From an uncultured Finegoldia sp. (GTDB lineage Bacteria; Bacillota; Clostridia; Tissierellales; Peptoniphilaceae): a stretch of DNA of 64,000 nucleotides. The notes under the pieces were generated by a model that had not been told where the DNA came from, did not search any database, and worked only from the letters and a program-made list of their open reading frames with translations. Each line of letters begins with the position of its first letter. The first letter of the stretch is position 1. Location: contig NZ_CAMXVC010000001.1 of the NCBI RefSeq assembly GCF_947252345.1, positions 39,544 through 103,543 of the forward strand. The letters are read 5' to 3'. Shown here piece after piece: positions 48,847-58,294 of this stretch. The translations under genes were made by a program, and so were the position numbers.

Positions 48847-50136
48847 TTAAGATTTAAATATTGTAGGTTTGTCGACCTTAGTTTCTAAAGCTTTAATTGC
48901 ACGTTCTACTAATTCTTCTCTCAATCCATCTTCACGAGATTGTAATTCAGGATTACCAACTGGATATGGAATTGCGACTGTAGGTATAATTCTGTTTGCT
49001 CCTACTGATTGTGAAATTGTAGTTATAGTAGCCATATGAACTATAGGGATACCATATCTTTCGATTTCTTTTACCATCGTTGCACCGCAACGTGTACAAG
49101 TACCTCAGGTACTAGTCATTATAACGCCGTCAACGTGGGCATCCTTCAATTCTTTTCCGATTTCCTTACCAAATCTCTTGGCGTTTGCTACAGATGTTCC
49201 AGTTCCTGTTGTAGTGTAGAAATATTTGAACACATTTCCGATAACGCCTTCTTTTTTAAGTCTTGTAAGTTGGTCTAATGGAGCAACTCTGTCTGCCTTT
49301 GCGTTACAGTATACAGGGTCAAATCCTCCGTGGATTGTGACAAATTTGCCCTTCAATTCGTCCAAATCACTGACATCGTATTTCGCCCATTTTTGTGCTG
49401 ATGCCGATTGAACTTTGTCAGGGTTTCCTTCAGGAACAACACCACCAGTTGTGATAAGTGCGATTGTAGCTTTGCTCATATCAGCGATTGGTGCTGCTGG
49501 TTCAACTTCGTCAAATTCTGGCATTGGAAGTTCTGTTTCAAATTCTTCGTTGTTGAATCTCTTGAGAAGCATTTCAACTGCACGTCTAGCTCCGATTTTG
49601 TCAGAAAATTCTGTCAAACGTCTTCCTTGTGCAAGATATCCGTCTTCTTTTGGAGAAAGCTTTTTGCCTTCGATTATTTTATTAGTCAATGCTGCCATTT
49701 CTTTGATGGCTTGTTTCATTTTTGCTGCTGAATCAGCTGTCAAGATGATGTAGCTGTTAAGTCTACACATATCAACTGCTGGGTTTTCGTTGTACATTCC
49801 TGTTACCATTGGAACGTCTTTGTCTTTTAATAGATTGATAACTCCCGAACAAGCCATACCGTATCTACCAGCGTTGAATGCAGGTCCTGCTACGACTATG
49901 TCTGGTTTTACTTTTTCAAATACATCTAGTATGAATTTGTCTGATACTTCTTTGTGTTCGTTGTAGTAGTTGTCACCACAGACGATTGTTCCTACAACTT
50001 GTCCGTCTACCAAAGCCTTGTCGAAGGCTTGTGCACAACCTACAGGTTTTTCTTCAAAATGAGGTTCATAATCAGCTTTGTCTTCTCCACCTATTTGTCC
50101 AAAAAACTGATTTACATAGTATAATATTCTCTTCAT
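48847..50136 (-). CDS. grdB: glycine/sarcosine/betaine reductase protein B selenoprotein subunit (GrdB-like); in-frame UGA (Sec) at 49105-49107
   Basis: The track shows 49105..50136 ending ...IMTST-TGA, then 48847..49077 in the same frame. Read-through gives TST-U-GTCTRCGATMVKEIERYGIP..., 429 aa in total, GrdB-sized. Confidence 0.7.
49078..49092 (-). promoter_or_regulatory. candidate bacterial SECIS hairpin 12 nt 3' of the UGA
   Basis: mRNA reads UGA GGUACUUGUACA CGUUGC-GGU-GCAACG: a perfect 6-bp stem with a GGU loop. Confidence 0.45.
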
Positions 50137-50145
50137 AATAACCTC

Positions 50146-51432
50146 CTAGTAAAGCTTAACTGTAAGATTGTGGAATCCTATTTCAGATGTAGAACCAGTA
50201 ACTGCGTTGAGTTCGCATACTATTGTTCCTTTTTCTTCATCCAAACATCCATCCCATCCACCAGCTAAGTTCTTGATAGCTTCAACACTACCGATAATCT
50301 TGTCTGGTTTATCCAAGTGAACAAGGTGTGATACGTTTCCAGTAGATACAACTGCACATGCTTCTTTCTTAGCATCTGCCAATGGTTGAGAATCTCCTGC
50401 CCAACCAGCACATTCGTCAGTGATTAGAACTGATTTGATACCAGCTTTTTCCAATCCCGATGAAATCATAACCAAGTCTGAGTCTGGATTTCCGTATCCT
50501 TCTTCTGATATAACAACTCCGTCTGCCGCTAACATCTTGCAAAGTTTTACAGTGTAATCGCAAGTTCTGAATTTACCATCCAAAGTAGTAAGCTCTGGAA
50601 CCATAATTTCTCCGACAAAGTTGATAGTCTTGCCGTGTTCCTTGTATAATTCTTTTATAACTGAATTGTTTTGGTGTTGGTAAGTTGTAATCTTATCGCA
50701 AGCAGCTACGCAGTTACCACTTACAACAGCTCCGTCTAATTCTTCGTTAGGATGAAGAACTGTAGGAAGAATCTTCTTAACATCTACTCCGTAAATGTAA
50801 ACATCGTGAAGTAGACCTTGCGCTATCATCATTTGTGCATAGACAACTCTTGGCAAATCTTTAAGTCTTTCTGATTCTGTCTTTATGTCTTTTATTTCGA
50901 ATACTTCGCTGTTGTCAGCTTTTACATTTTCCAAAGCGTATCCCAAATACTCAGCCGATTTCAAACCAACAAGTCTTGCGCAAGTTTCGTGTTCGTGTGG
51001 TTCGATGCCTTTTTCAACTTTTATATCGACAACAACGTTTAATGTCTTAGAAAATGGAGTATAATCAGCTCCTTCTCCCCACATATCGATGATACCTTCT
51101 TGGAAACCAACTACATCACCGACAGTTACTACAGCGACATTTTTCATAATCTTAGTGATACCTTCACCAAGTTGTTCGATTTCTCCTGTAACGCCTGGTG
51201 TTTTGTTAGTTCTGCCAACTCTAAATCTAGGCTCGATACAATCTTTAACTGGAATGATTCTTGTCTTTTCGCCCGGTTTTGCAATGTCTATATCGATTTC
51301 CGTTACAAAATCAACGTCTTTCAAAAAATCAATCATCTCATCTTTGTTGATAAAAAGTGTTTTGTTTTCAACTTTAGTCACATCTGAAAACTTAACATCT
51401 TCTATCAAACAATTTTGATATTCTAATTTCAT
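50146..51432 (-). CDS. grdE: glycine-reductase-complex protein B proprotein (GrdE-like)
   Basis: 428 aa. N-terminus MKLEYQNCLIEDVKF. Position and size match grdE immediately upstream of grdB. Confidence 0.65.
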   Translation of the reverse strand: MKLEYQNCLIEDVKFSDVTKVENKTLFINKDEMIDFLKDVDFVTEIDIDIAKPGEKTRIIPVKDCIEPRFRVGRTNKTPGVTGEIEQLGEGITKIMKNVAVVTVGDVVGFQEGIIDMWGEGADYTPFSKTLNVVVDIKVEKGIEPHEHETCARLVGLKSAEYLGYALENVKADNSEVFEIKDIKTESERLKDLPRVVYAQMMIAQGLLHDVYIYGVDVKKILPTVLHPNEELDGAVVSGNCVAACDKITTYQHQNNSVIKELYKEHGKTINFVGEIMVPELTTLDGKFRTCDYTVKLCKMLAADGVVISEEGYGNPDSDLVMISSGLEKAGIKSVLITDECAGWAGDSQPLADAKKEACAVVSTGNVSHLVHLDKPDKIIGSVEAIKNLAGGWDGCLDEEKGTIVCELNAVTGSTSEIGFHNLTVKLY

Positions 51433-51446
51433 AACCTACTCCTTCT

Positions 51447-51797
51447 CTAATTCTCTATACCTTCTTTAAGTAAGACCGCATCCAACACGCAATAATCGTC
51501 ATTATTTCGGTAGTCTGGTTTTCTTTCTCCCATTGTGTTTTGATAAGTTGTGATGGAGTTTTCGATAATCTCGATGGATTTTTCCGAAAATCCCTTCTTC
51601 AACACAACGCTTCTAACCGGAGAATAAAACATCCTGATGGATGCAGCTAGAGGATGCGTCACCAAAGAATATCCCAAATGTGTGAGATCTCTTACTTTAT
51701 ATAACACATCCAAATATTCCCCTTTGACTTCAATACTGTTTTGATATTTGTTAATTACACTACTATTATTACTAACAATCAAAATATCTTTTTCCAT
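51447..51797 (-). CDS. grdX: GrdX-like small protein
   Basis: Start at 51797 with AGGAGGG RBS. MEKDILIVSNN...VRDLTHLGYSLVTHPL resembles GrdX (IVTNN ... VRDLVH.GY.LL.HPL). Confidence 0.5.
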   Translation of the reverse strand: MEKDILIVSNNSSVINKYQNSIEVKGEYLDVLYKVRDLTHLGYSLVTHPLAASIRMFYSPVRSVVLKKGFSEKSIEIIENSITTYQNTMGERKPDYRNNDDYCVLDAVLLKEGIEN

Positions 51798-51847
51798 AAG
51801 CACCCTCCTTATACTATTATTAAACCATATATCTTGATAAAAAAAAG

Positions 51848-51890
51848 TTAGCGCACTAACACATATTAAAGTTTTTGTTGGCGTACTAAC
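51848..51890. promoter_or_regulatory. two copies of an inverted-repeat motif (GTTAGCGCACTAAC / GTTGGCGTACTAAC) upstream of grdX
   Basis: Arms GTTAG/CTAAC around a 4-bp core, about 29 bp apart, in the grd promoter region. Confidence 0.3.
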
Positions 51891-52069
51891 AAATATGCAA
51901 AATTTACTAGTATTTTTATTTTCAATTTTCATTCGTATTATGTTTTTTTAAGAGGAAATGTTTCATTTTTTTTAAAATTTACGATTTTATTTGTAAATTT
52001 TTGTAAATATATTGCCAATTTTTTCGATTTATAGTATGATACATTGTATTCAACAAAAAGGGGGAATTT

Positions 52070-52801
52070 ATGGATTTAAACAAAAGATTTGAGAACGAAA
52101 AGCTAAAAAAAATTCAAATATTTGACGCAGCACAGTTAAAATACATTGCATTTTTGTCGATGCTGATAGACCACGTGAACAACTCCATCGTCACGCATTT
52201 TCTGACAGGTAAGGGATGGCTACTTTATGTATCGAACTTTTTATCTATATTGGGAAGAATTGCATTTCCTATATTTATATTTTTCATTGTCGAGGGGTTT
52301 TTCAAGACGCACGATAGGTTGAAATATCTTCGCAACTTGCTTGTATTCGCAATTATTTCGGAAGTGCCTTTCGATATGTTCACCTCGAAGGTGTTTTTCG
52401 ACCCGTACTGGAACAATATGATGTTCACTTTGGCGTTGTGTTTGGTGACAATTTGGCTGATTGATTATCTGAAATCAAAAATCACCAACAAGATTTTCTG
52501 GTATTTCGTGTCGATTGTAATTGTAATCGCCTTCGGATTTTTGGCGATGCTTTTAAGTCTCGACTACGACTACAACGCGATTGTACTTGCGTATTTGTTC
52601 TATATTTTCTACGACAAGCCTGTAATCTCGGCTGGACTTGGATATTTGTCGATTATCAAAGAAGTGTACTCGTGCTTGGGATTTTTTATGACGGTTTGCT
52701 ACAACGGGAAAAAGGGCAGACAGCACAAATTGGTAAACTATCTATTCTATCCGGTTCACTTGTTTTTATTGGCGCTGGTTAGATATTATTTTAAATTTTA
52801 A
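52070..52801 (+). CDS. traX: TraX-family membrane protein
   Basis: KYIAFLSMLIDHV N-terminal region typical of TraX. Polytopic. AAAGGGGGAA RBS. Confidence 0.65.
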   Translation: MDLNKRFENEKLKKIQIFDAAQLKYIAFLSMLIDHVNNSIVTHFLTGKGWLLYVSNFLSILGRIAFPIFIFFIVEGFFKTHDRLKYLRNLLVFAIISEVPFDMFTSKVFFDPYWNNMMFTLALCLVTIWLIDYLKSKITNKIFWYFVSIVIVIAFGFLAMLLSLDYDYNAIVLAYLFYIFYDKPVISAGLGYLSIIKEVYSCLGFFMTVCYNGKKGRQHKLVNYLFYPVHLFLLALVRYYFKF

Positions 52802-52926
52802 TTCATTGCAAATGGATGCTATCTATATTTTGTAGGTGGCATCTTTTTTTAATCTATTGCAACAAAAAAAGTCAGGGTTTGCACCCCAACTCACTTTTTA
52901 CAATGACTAGAACAATTTTCCTAAAT

Positions 52927-53127
52927 CTACTTTTTATTTTCATACACTACGGCGAAAAACAGAATAGATATAGCCACTGACACTATTGACAAAGGTAGCG
53001 CCTTGGCTGTTATGTACTCTGCGATGTAATCACTAAAGACGCATATTTTTAATACACATATAGCGATAAATGCGAAAATTATTCCCAAACACCATTTGCA
53101 AATATTAGAAGTATTTTTCATAATCAT
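52927..53127 (-). CDS. small hypothetical membrane protein
   Basis: 66 aa with two TM helices. Weak evidence. Confidence 0.3.
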   Translation of the reverse strand: MIMKNTSNICKWCLGIIFAFIAICVLKICVFSDYIAEYITAKALPLSIVSVAISILFFAVVYENKK

Positions 53128-53305
53128 ACCATCTCCTTTTGTTAACTTGATTATACTATAATTTTTTGTCTATGAGTCATATATTTATATTTGTTGCTAC
53201 TTTGTTTGTATTTCTGAGATTGGTCATAGAATATTTCACTGAACTTGTGTCAACATCTTTTCTAATATGCAAAAAAGGTGTATAATTAGTATTTTGGAGG
53301 GTAAT

Positions 53306-54325
53306 ATGTTCGTTTCAAATACATACGAGGAAATTATAAAGCTTGAAAATTTAATATTTGTAGATGTGAGAAGTGAGTACGAATACAATCTTGAAACCAT
53401 CCCTCACGCAATCAATATGCCGATTCTCGACAACGATGAAAGAGTCGAAATCTCGACGATTTACGATATGGGAAACCACGAGAAGGCGAAGGAGCTCGCA
53501 ATTCGATACGCTTCTGTCAAGTTGGAGGATTTTTATGTTAAAATCCGTGACCTGTCGGAAAATCACAACGTGTGTCTTTTTTGCCAACGAGGTTCGATGA
53601 GAAGTAGCGTAATTTTCAACATACTGAAATCTATGGGGCTTTCAATTTACAGGCTAAAAGGCGGCTACAAGGCGTATCGCAAATTCGTAATATCCGCTCT
53701 TGAACGAGAAATCAAATCGCACGAATACGTCAACATCAACGGATTCACGGGCGTCGGAAAGACGGAGATTCTGGATTTTCTCGAAAGAGAAGGACACAAT
53801 GTGCTGAACTTGGAAAAACTCGCAAATCACCGTGGCTCAATCCTCGGCAACGCAGGACTTGGCAAACAGCCTTCGCAAAAAATGTTCGAGAGCCTTCTTT
53901 ATGAAAAGTTCACTGAGTTTGACGGAAAGCTCGTGTTTGTCGAAAGCGAGAGCAGCAAGATTGGCACCATCAACGTCGTCAAAGACCTACGCCAAGCCTA
54001 CAACAATTCCGCCCACCAAGTATTCGTGAATTGTTCGATTGACAAGAGAATCGAAAGAATCAAAAATGACTACCTGCAAAGCGAAAAATCAATCCCCGAC
54101 ATCAAAATCGGCATAGAATACTTGTCCAAATACATCGGCAAGGCCAACTCCGATATTTTGTTGGATAAACTCGAAGAAAAAGACTACGATGACATTATAA
54201 GAACTCTTATAGTGCAATACTACGACAAAAACTACGCCGTCAAGAAAAAGGACTTCGAGTTGAAGGTTGACAACGTGAACTCGAATGTTTGTGCCGACGA
54301 AATAATCAAATACTATGAACAATGA
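53306..54325 (+). CDS. mnmH: tRNA 2-selenouridine synthase MnmH (SelU)
   Basis: Rhodanese domain with catalytic Cys (CQRGSMRS). P-loop GFTGVGKTEIL. Start at 53306 with GGAGGG RBS. Confidence 0.75.
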   Translation: MFVSNTYEEIIKLENLIFVDVRSEYEYNLETIPHAINMPILDNDERVEISTIYDMGNHEKAKELAIRYASVKLEDFYVKIRDLSENHNVCLFCQRGSMRSSVIFNILKSMGLSIYRLKGGYKAYRKFVISALEREIKSHEYVNINGFTGVGKTEILDFLEREGHNVLNLEKLANHRGSILGNAGLGKQPSQKMFESLLYEKFTEFDGKLVFVESESSKIGTINVVKDLRQAYNNSAHQVFVNCSIDKRIERIKNDYLQSEKSIPDIKIGIEYLSKYIGKANSDILLDKLEEKDYDDIIRTLIVQYYDKNYAVKKKDFELKVDNVNSNVCADEIIKYYEQ

Positions 54326-54370
54326 GAATCAAAAAATCTCCACACAATCAACTCGATTGCAGTGGAGATT

Positions 54371-55279
54371 TTATCTTTTGTATGTTATGTTGTTTCTCTT
54401 GGCGATTTTCTCGATATTTTTGTGGTGTCTGTTGATTCGTCTTATTCTTCTGTTGTAGACAGAATCAATTTTGTTGTCGATTTTTTGCAATCTGTCGAGG
54501 TCATCAATCCTATCTTCGACAAATTTTTTGAGTTTTTGCTTAATCTCAGTCTCGCGATTTATCCTGTCATCGAGGATTTTTTTGCTGTTCGATATGAAGG
54601 ATTGTCGGATATTTTTGTTGTCGATTTTTTCTCTGATGGCGCTCTTGATTTCTGAAATACTGCGTTCCAATTCTGTGGAATTTTGCTGAGCTTTTTCCAT
54701 GAGTTCTTTTTGAATTTCCTTCAAATACGAATCGACTTTCTCGTGGTATTGCATCAAAATTCTAAATCCGTACGCTTGTCTTGTAGAAACCACCACATCA
54801 GCAGCAAAAACAGCCGTTAGAACGTAAATCACGAAAGCAAAGTTGCTGTGTTGAATTTGTTTTTGCAAGTTATAAATGAAAATGTTGGTGTGTCTGACCA
54901 TAAGTATCGACATTACTCCGAAAAACATCGACGAACGCAGGCAAATCAAGCCCTTGAAGTTCATAAACCTCTTAGAGTAGTCCCAGTATCTTACTTTGAA
55001 TATTTTTTCAATCGTAGCTCCACTGACGAGTTCGAGAAATGTCGCGATAACAAGACCTGAAGTGAAGATTACGATGAGTGAATCGCTAAATCTGGATATT
55101 GCTTTGTCGACAAAAAGCGTTATGAATACCGCTCCGAAGCCGTATATCGGCAGGATTGGCCCGTACACAAACCCTCTGTTTGTGAGCTTTTTCTCGTTCA
55201 AACTGACCCAGATTACTTCCCACACATATCCAAAAATCGCATAAAAGAAGAACATATACAAGTAATCTACTACTTCCAT
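54371..55279 (-). CDS. membrane protein (putative ABC-transporter-type-IV-like N-domain) with a long C-terminal coiled coil
   Basis: FFFYAIFGYVWE...GPILPIYGFG motif region. Start at 55279 with AAGGGGA RBS. Confidence 0.4.
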   Translation of the reverse strand: MEVVDYLYMFFFYAIFGYVWEVIWVSLNEKKLTNRGFVYGPILPIYGFGAVFITLFVDKAISRFSDSLIVIFTSGLVIATFLELVSGATIEKIFKVRYWDYSKRFMNFKGLICLRSSMFFGVMSILMVRHTNIFIYNLQKQIQHSNFAFVIYVLTAVFAADVVVSTRQAYGFRILMQYHEKVDSYLKEIQKELMEKAQQNSTELERSISEIKSAIREKIDNKNIRQSFISNSKKILDDRINRETEIKQKLKKFVEDRIDDLDRLQKIDNKIDSVYNRRIRRINRHHKNIEKIAKRNNITYKR

Positions 55280-55311
55280 TTTTCCCCTTAAAAACAAAGA
55301 TAGGCACACAC

Positions 55312-55642
55312 CTATCTTTGTTGCTTTGATTTGTTTTTGTATAATAATGTATATGCCAAATGTATAATTATTATAAACATCAGCGGCATATACACTTTTT
55401 TAAGTCCAAATTCCCTGAAGTGTTTTGCGATTGCCGTTGTGGACACAGTGCCACCGGCTATCAATACAACTTCATTCAAAGATGTCACCTTTTCTGCCGA
55501 AAATCATGTCACCACTAACAAGATGCCTCGAAGCAACGAGCATTATTCTCGTGAAATTTTGTCCCCATAGCGTGATTTCAACCAGAAATCCCGAGAATAA
55601 CAAGAATACTATAAAAGTTATTAGTGATAACAGACTATTTTT
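55312..55642 (-). pseudogene. possible frameshifted, start-less remnant of a small membrane protein gene between pta and the downstream gene
   Basis: Two overlapping minus-strand frames: ...FSGFLVEITLWGQNFTRIMLVASRHLVSGDMIFGRKGDIFE-stop, then EVVLIAGGTVSTTAIAKHFREFGLKKVYMPLMFIIIIHL... No ATG or RBS. Confidence 0.25.
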
Positions 55643-55647
55643 TCAAT

Positions 55648-56619
55648 TTACAATGCCTGAGCAGCTGTGATGATGGCTAATTTGTAGACGTCTTCTTCGT
55701 TACATCCACGGGACAAATCATTGACAGGCTTTGCCATTCCCTGCAAGATTGGTCCTATCGCCTCGAATTTGCCCAATCTCTGTGCGATTTTGTAGCCGAT
55801 GTTGCCTGCTTGTAAATCTGGGAAAATAAACACATTTGCATGACCTGCTACTTTCGAATCCGGCGCTTTTTGTTTTCCTACTGATTCCACAATTGATGCG
55901 TCAAACTGCATTTCACCGTCAATTGGTAGTTCCGGTGCCATTTCTTGTGCGATTTTCGTCGCATTTGCAACCTTTTGTGCTAATGGATGATTTGCAGAGC
56001 CTTTTGTCGAGAATGAAAGGAAGGAAACTTTTGGGTCTATGTCGTATAACTTCGCAGTTTCTGCACTTACAACTCCAACTTCCGCCAATTGTTCTTCTGT
56101 CAATTCGATGTTGATTGCAATGTCCGAAAACAAGTATCTCTCACCATTTGGCCCAATCATTATCATAGCACCCGACACCAATTTTGTGCCCGGTTTTGTC
56201 TTGATGATTTGAAGTGCAGGCTTGACAGTGTCACCTGTCGAGTGAACCGCTCCCGATACGAGACCGTCAACTTCGCCATTGTAAAGCATCATCGTTGCGT
56301 AGTAATTCACATCTTTTAACATAGTCTTCGCTTGGTCTTCTGTGTTTTTCCCTTTACGTCTTTCGACAAATTGTTGAACTTTTTCGTCGAAATCACCTGC
56401 GTTTAGTGGATTGACAATCTTGACTTCGTTTATGTTTAACCCTTCTTTTTCTGCTAGCTCTTTTATTTTTGATTCATCACCAAGAACAACTGGAGTTATT
56501 ATCTTTTCTTCGTTCAATCTAGCTACCGCTCTCAAAATTCTTGGTTCTTCTCCTTCAGGAAACACGATTTTTAGATTTTTCCCTGAAATTTTTGATTTTA
56601 ATGATTCAAATATATCCAT
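55648..56619 (-). CDS. pta: phosphate acetyltransferase
   Basis: 323 aa. Pta-like N-terminus (LKIVFPEGEEPRILRAV) and catalytic core. Confidence 0.85.
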   Translation of the reverse strand: MDIFESLKSKISGKNLKIVFPEGEEPRILRAVARLNEEKIITPVVLGDESKIKELAEKEGLNINEVKIVNPLNAGDFDEKVQQFVERRKGKNTEDQAKTMLKDVNYYATMMLYNGEVDGLVSGAVHSTGDTVKPALQIIKTKPGTKLVSGAMIMIGPNGERYLFSDIAINIELTEEQLAEVGVVSAETAKLYDIDPKVSFLSFSTKGSANHPLAQKVANATKIAQEMAPELPIDGEMQFDASIVESVGKQKAPDSKVAGHANVFIFPDLQAGNIGYKIAQRLGKFEAIGPILQGMAKPVNDLSRGCNEEDVYKLAIITAAQAL

Positions 56620-56661
56620 TTTTCCCCTTTTCTCAACTTATTACTTTTATTGCTTTAACTA

Positions 56662-57150
56662 TTAATTCAAAGCCTTTTTCAAGGCTTCATTCTCCTCTTG
56701 ACTCAATTTTTCGCTACACTTTGCGTTTGTTATTATCTTGATGTAATTTGTAGACTGTTCTCTTCCGAAAATCGAAGTTATTATCAAACCATTGTCGTTT
56801 GCATCCAACAGACAAAGAGAATACGACAATTTGTTTGTCAAATATTCAAATGCGTCGTAGTTCACAAGTCCGATTTTTTGAAGCGACATTGATTGCAAAG
56901 TCTCCACAGATTCGACAGTCTTCGTCAATTGTTCAATCTTTTTCTGATTTTCGATGATATCAGTCGAGTTCTGATTTAAAATATCCTCGATGTCCTCGTC
57001 TTGTGCCCTAAAAAGTGCGTCATATCTTCGTTTTACCCTGTTGACTTTCTTGTTGACGATGTTGATTTTGCGAAAATTAATCACAGAAATTAACGCTACT
57101 AGCACCATTAAAATAATCAAGATAGTGTTGACAGCACTAGATTGCCCCAT
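56662..57150 (-). CDS. DUF4446-family protein
   Basis: N-terminal TM plus coiled coil. Typical companion of parB in Firmicutes. Confidence 0.5.
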   Translation of the reverse strand: MGQSSAVNTILIILMVLVALISVINFRKINIVNKKVNRVKRRYDALFRAQDEDIEDILNQNSTDIIENQKKIEQLTKTVESVETLQSMSLQKIGLVNYDAFEYLTNKLSYSLCLLDANDNGLIITSIFGREQSTNYIKIITNAKCSEKLSQEENEALKKALN

Positions 57151-58294
57151 CTTTTTCTCCTCTGTTGATTTCCTTCAACGCTTCGATTGCCTTGTCCACT
57201 TCTTCTTCCGTGTTGAAATGTCCAAACGAAAACCTCACTGCACCGATATCTTGTGTGTGAATGGTCTTGTGAGCAAGAGGTGCGCAGTGAAGACCTGCTC
57301 TCGTTGCAATATCGTACTTGTCATCTAGGATGTATGCCAATTGGCTCGAACCGATTCCCTCGACATTGACAGGCACAACTGGTCCCTGATGCTCATCCAA
57401 GCTTCCGTACATTGTGATTGCCTTTTCGTCCTTCAGGCCATTTATAAATCTATCTTTTAGCTTGTTTTCGTGGTCTCTGATGTTTTCCAAGCCAACTTCT
57501 CTGATGAAGTCAACACCGGCAGAAAGTGCGTAGATTGCAGGACCGTTTATAGTCCCTGCTTCAAGTCTGTCCGGGTATTCTATTGGTTGGTCTAAATCTT
57601 GTGAATGTGACCCCGTTCCACCTTGTTTCAAACTCTTGATATCAATTCCATCATTTATATACATCGCACCTGTTCCCATAGGTCCAAATAACGATTTGTG
57701 GCCAGGAAAGCACAACACATCTATCGGCATATTTTTCATATCGAAATCCAAATATCCCATCGCCTGTGCGGCATCCACGATGTATAAAATATTGTGAGCG
57801 TGCATAATTTCACCGATTTTGCAAAAATCGACAATAGTTCCTGTCAAGTTGCTCATCGCTGTCGTCACACAAACTCTCGTCTTGTCGGTGATAGCATCTT
57901 CAACCTTTTTCACATCTAAAATCCCACGTTCATCGGCATAGACAACTGTCAAGTCGATGAATCCATCTTCCTGCATCTTGTGAAGTGGTCTTAGAACTGA
58001 ATTGTGCTCCAACGATGTCGTTATGACGTGGTCACCCTTTTTCACGAGGCCCTTTATTGCCGTGTTCAAACTGTCTGTGCAGTTCAATGTGAAAATCAAA
58101 TTAAGAGGGTTCGTGCCTCCGACAAATTCAGCTATATTCATCCTAGAGTTGAAAATAGCCCTGTCCATTTTAAGCGACAACTTGTGTCCGCTTCTGCCAG
58201 GATTTGCGGCAAATTCCCTCATTGCTTCATCGAGCTTGTTGTAAACAACCTCCGGTTTTGGAAAGCTCGTCGCAGCATTGTCAAAATAAGTCAT
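57137..58294 (-). CDS. class V aminotransferase-fold PLP enzyme (cysteine desulfurase-like)
   Basis: MTYFDNAATSFP N-terminus. FPGHKSLFGPMGTG PLP-lysine region. Confidence 0.7.
   Translation of the reverse strand: MTYFDNAATSFPKPEVVYNKLDEAMREFAANPGRSGHKLSLKMDRAIFNSRMNIAEFVGGTNPLNLIFTLNCTDSLNTAIKGLVKKGDHVITTSLEHNSVLRPLHKMQEDGFIDLTVVYADERGILDVKKVEDAITDKTRVCVTTAMSNLTGTIVDFCKIGEIMHAHNILYIVDAAQAMGYLDFDMKNMPIDVLCFPGHKSLFGPMGTGAMYINDGIDIKSLKQGGTGSHSQDLDQPIEYPDRLEAGTINGPAIYALSAGVDFIREVGLENIRDHENKLKDRFINGLKDEKAITMYGSLDEHQGPVVPVNVEGIGSSQLAYILDDKYDIATRAGLHCAPLAHKTIHTQDIGAVRFSFGHFNTEEEVDKAIEALKEINRGEKDGAI

Noticed and set aside
55331-55670. Plus-strand ORFs 55331..55570 and 55425..55670 from the track
   Set aside because: Their composition is not protein-like and they have no RBS. 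The minus strand shows a more convincing, though degraded, membrane-protein reading, reported as a pseudogene.
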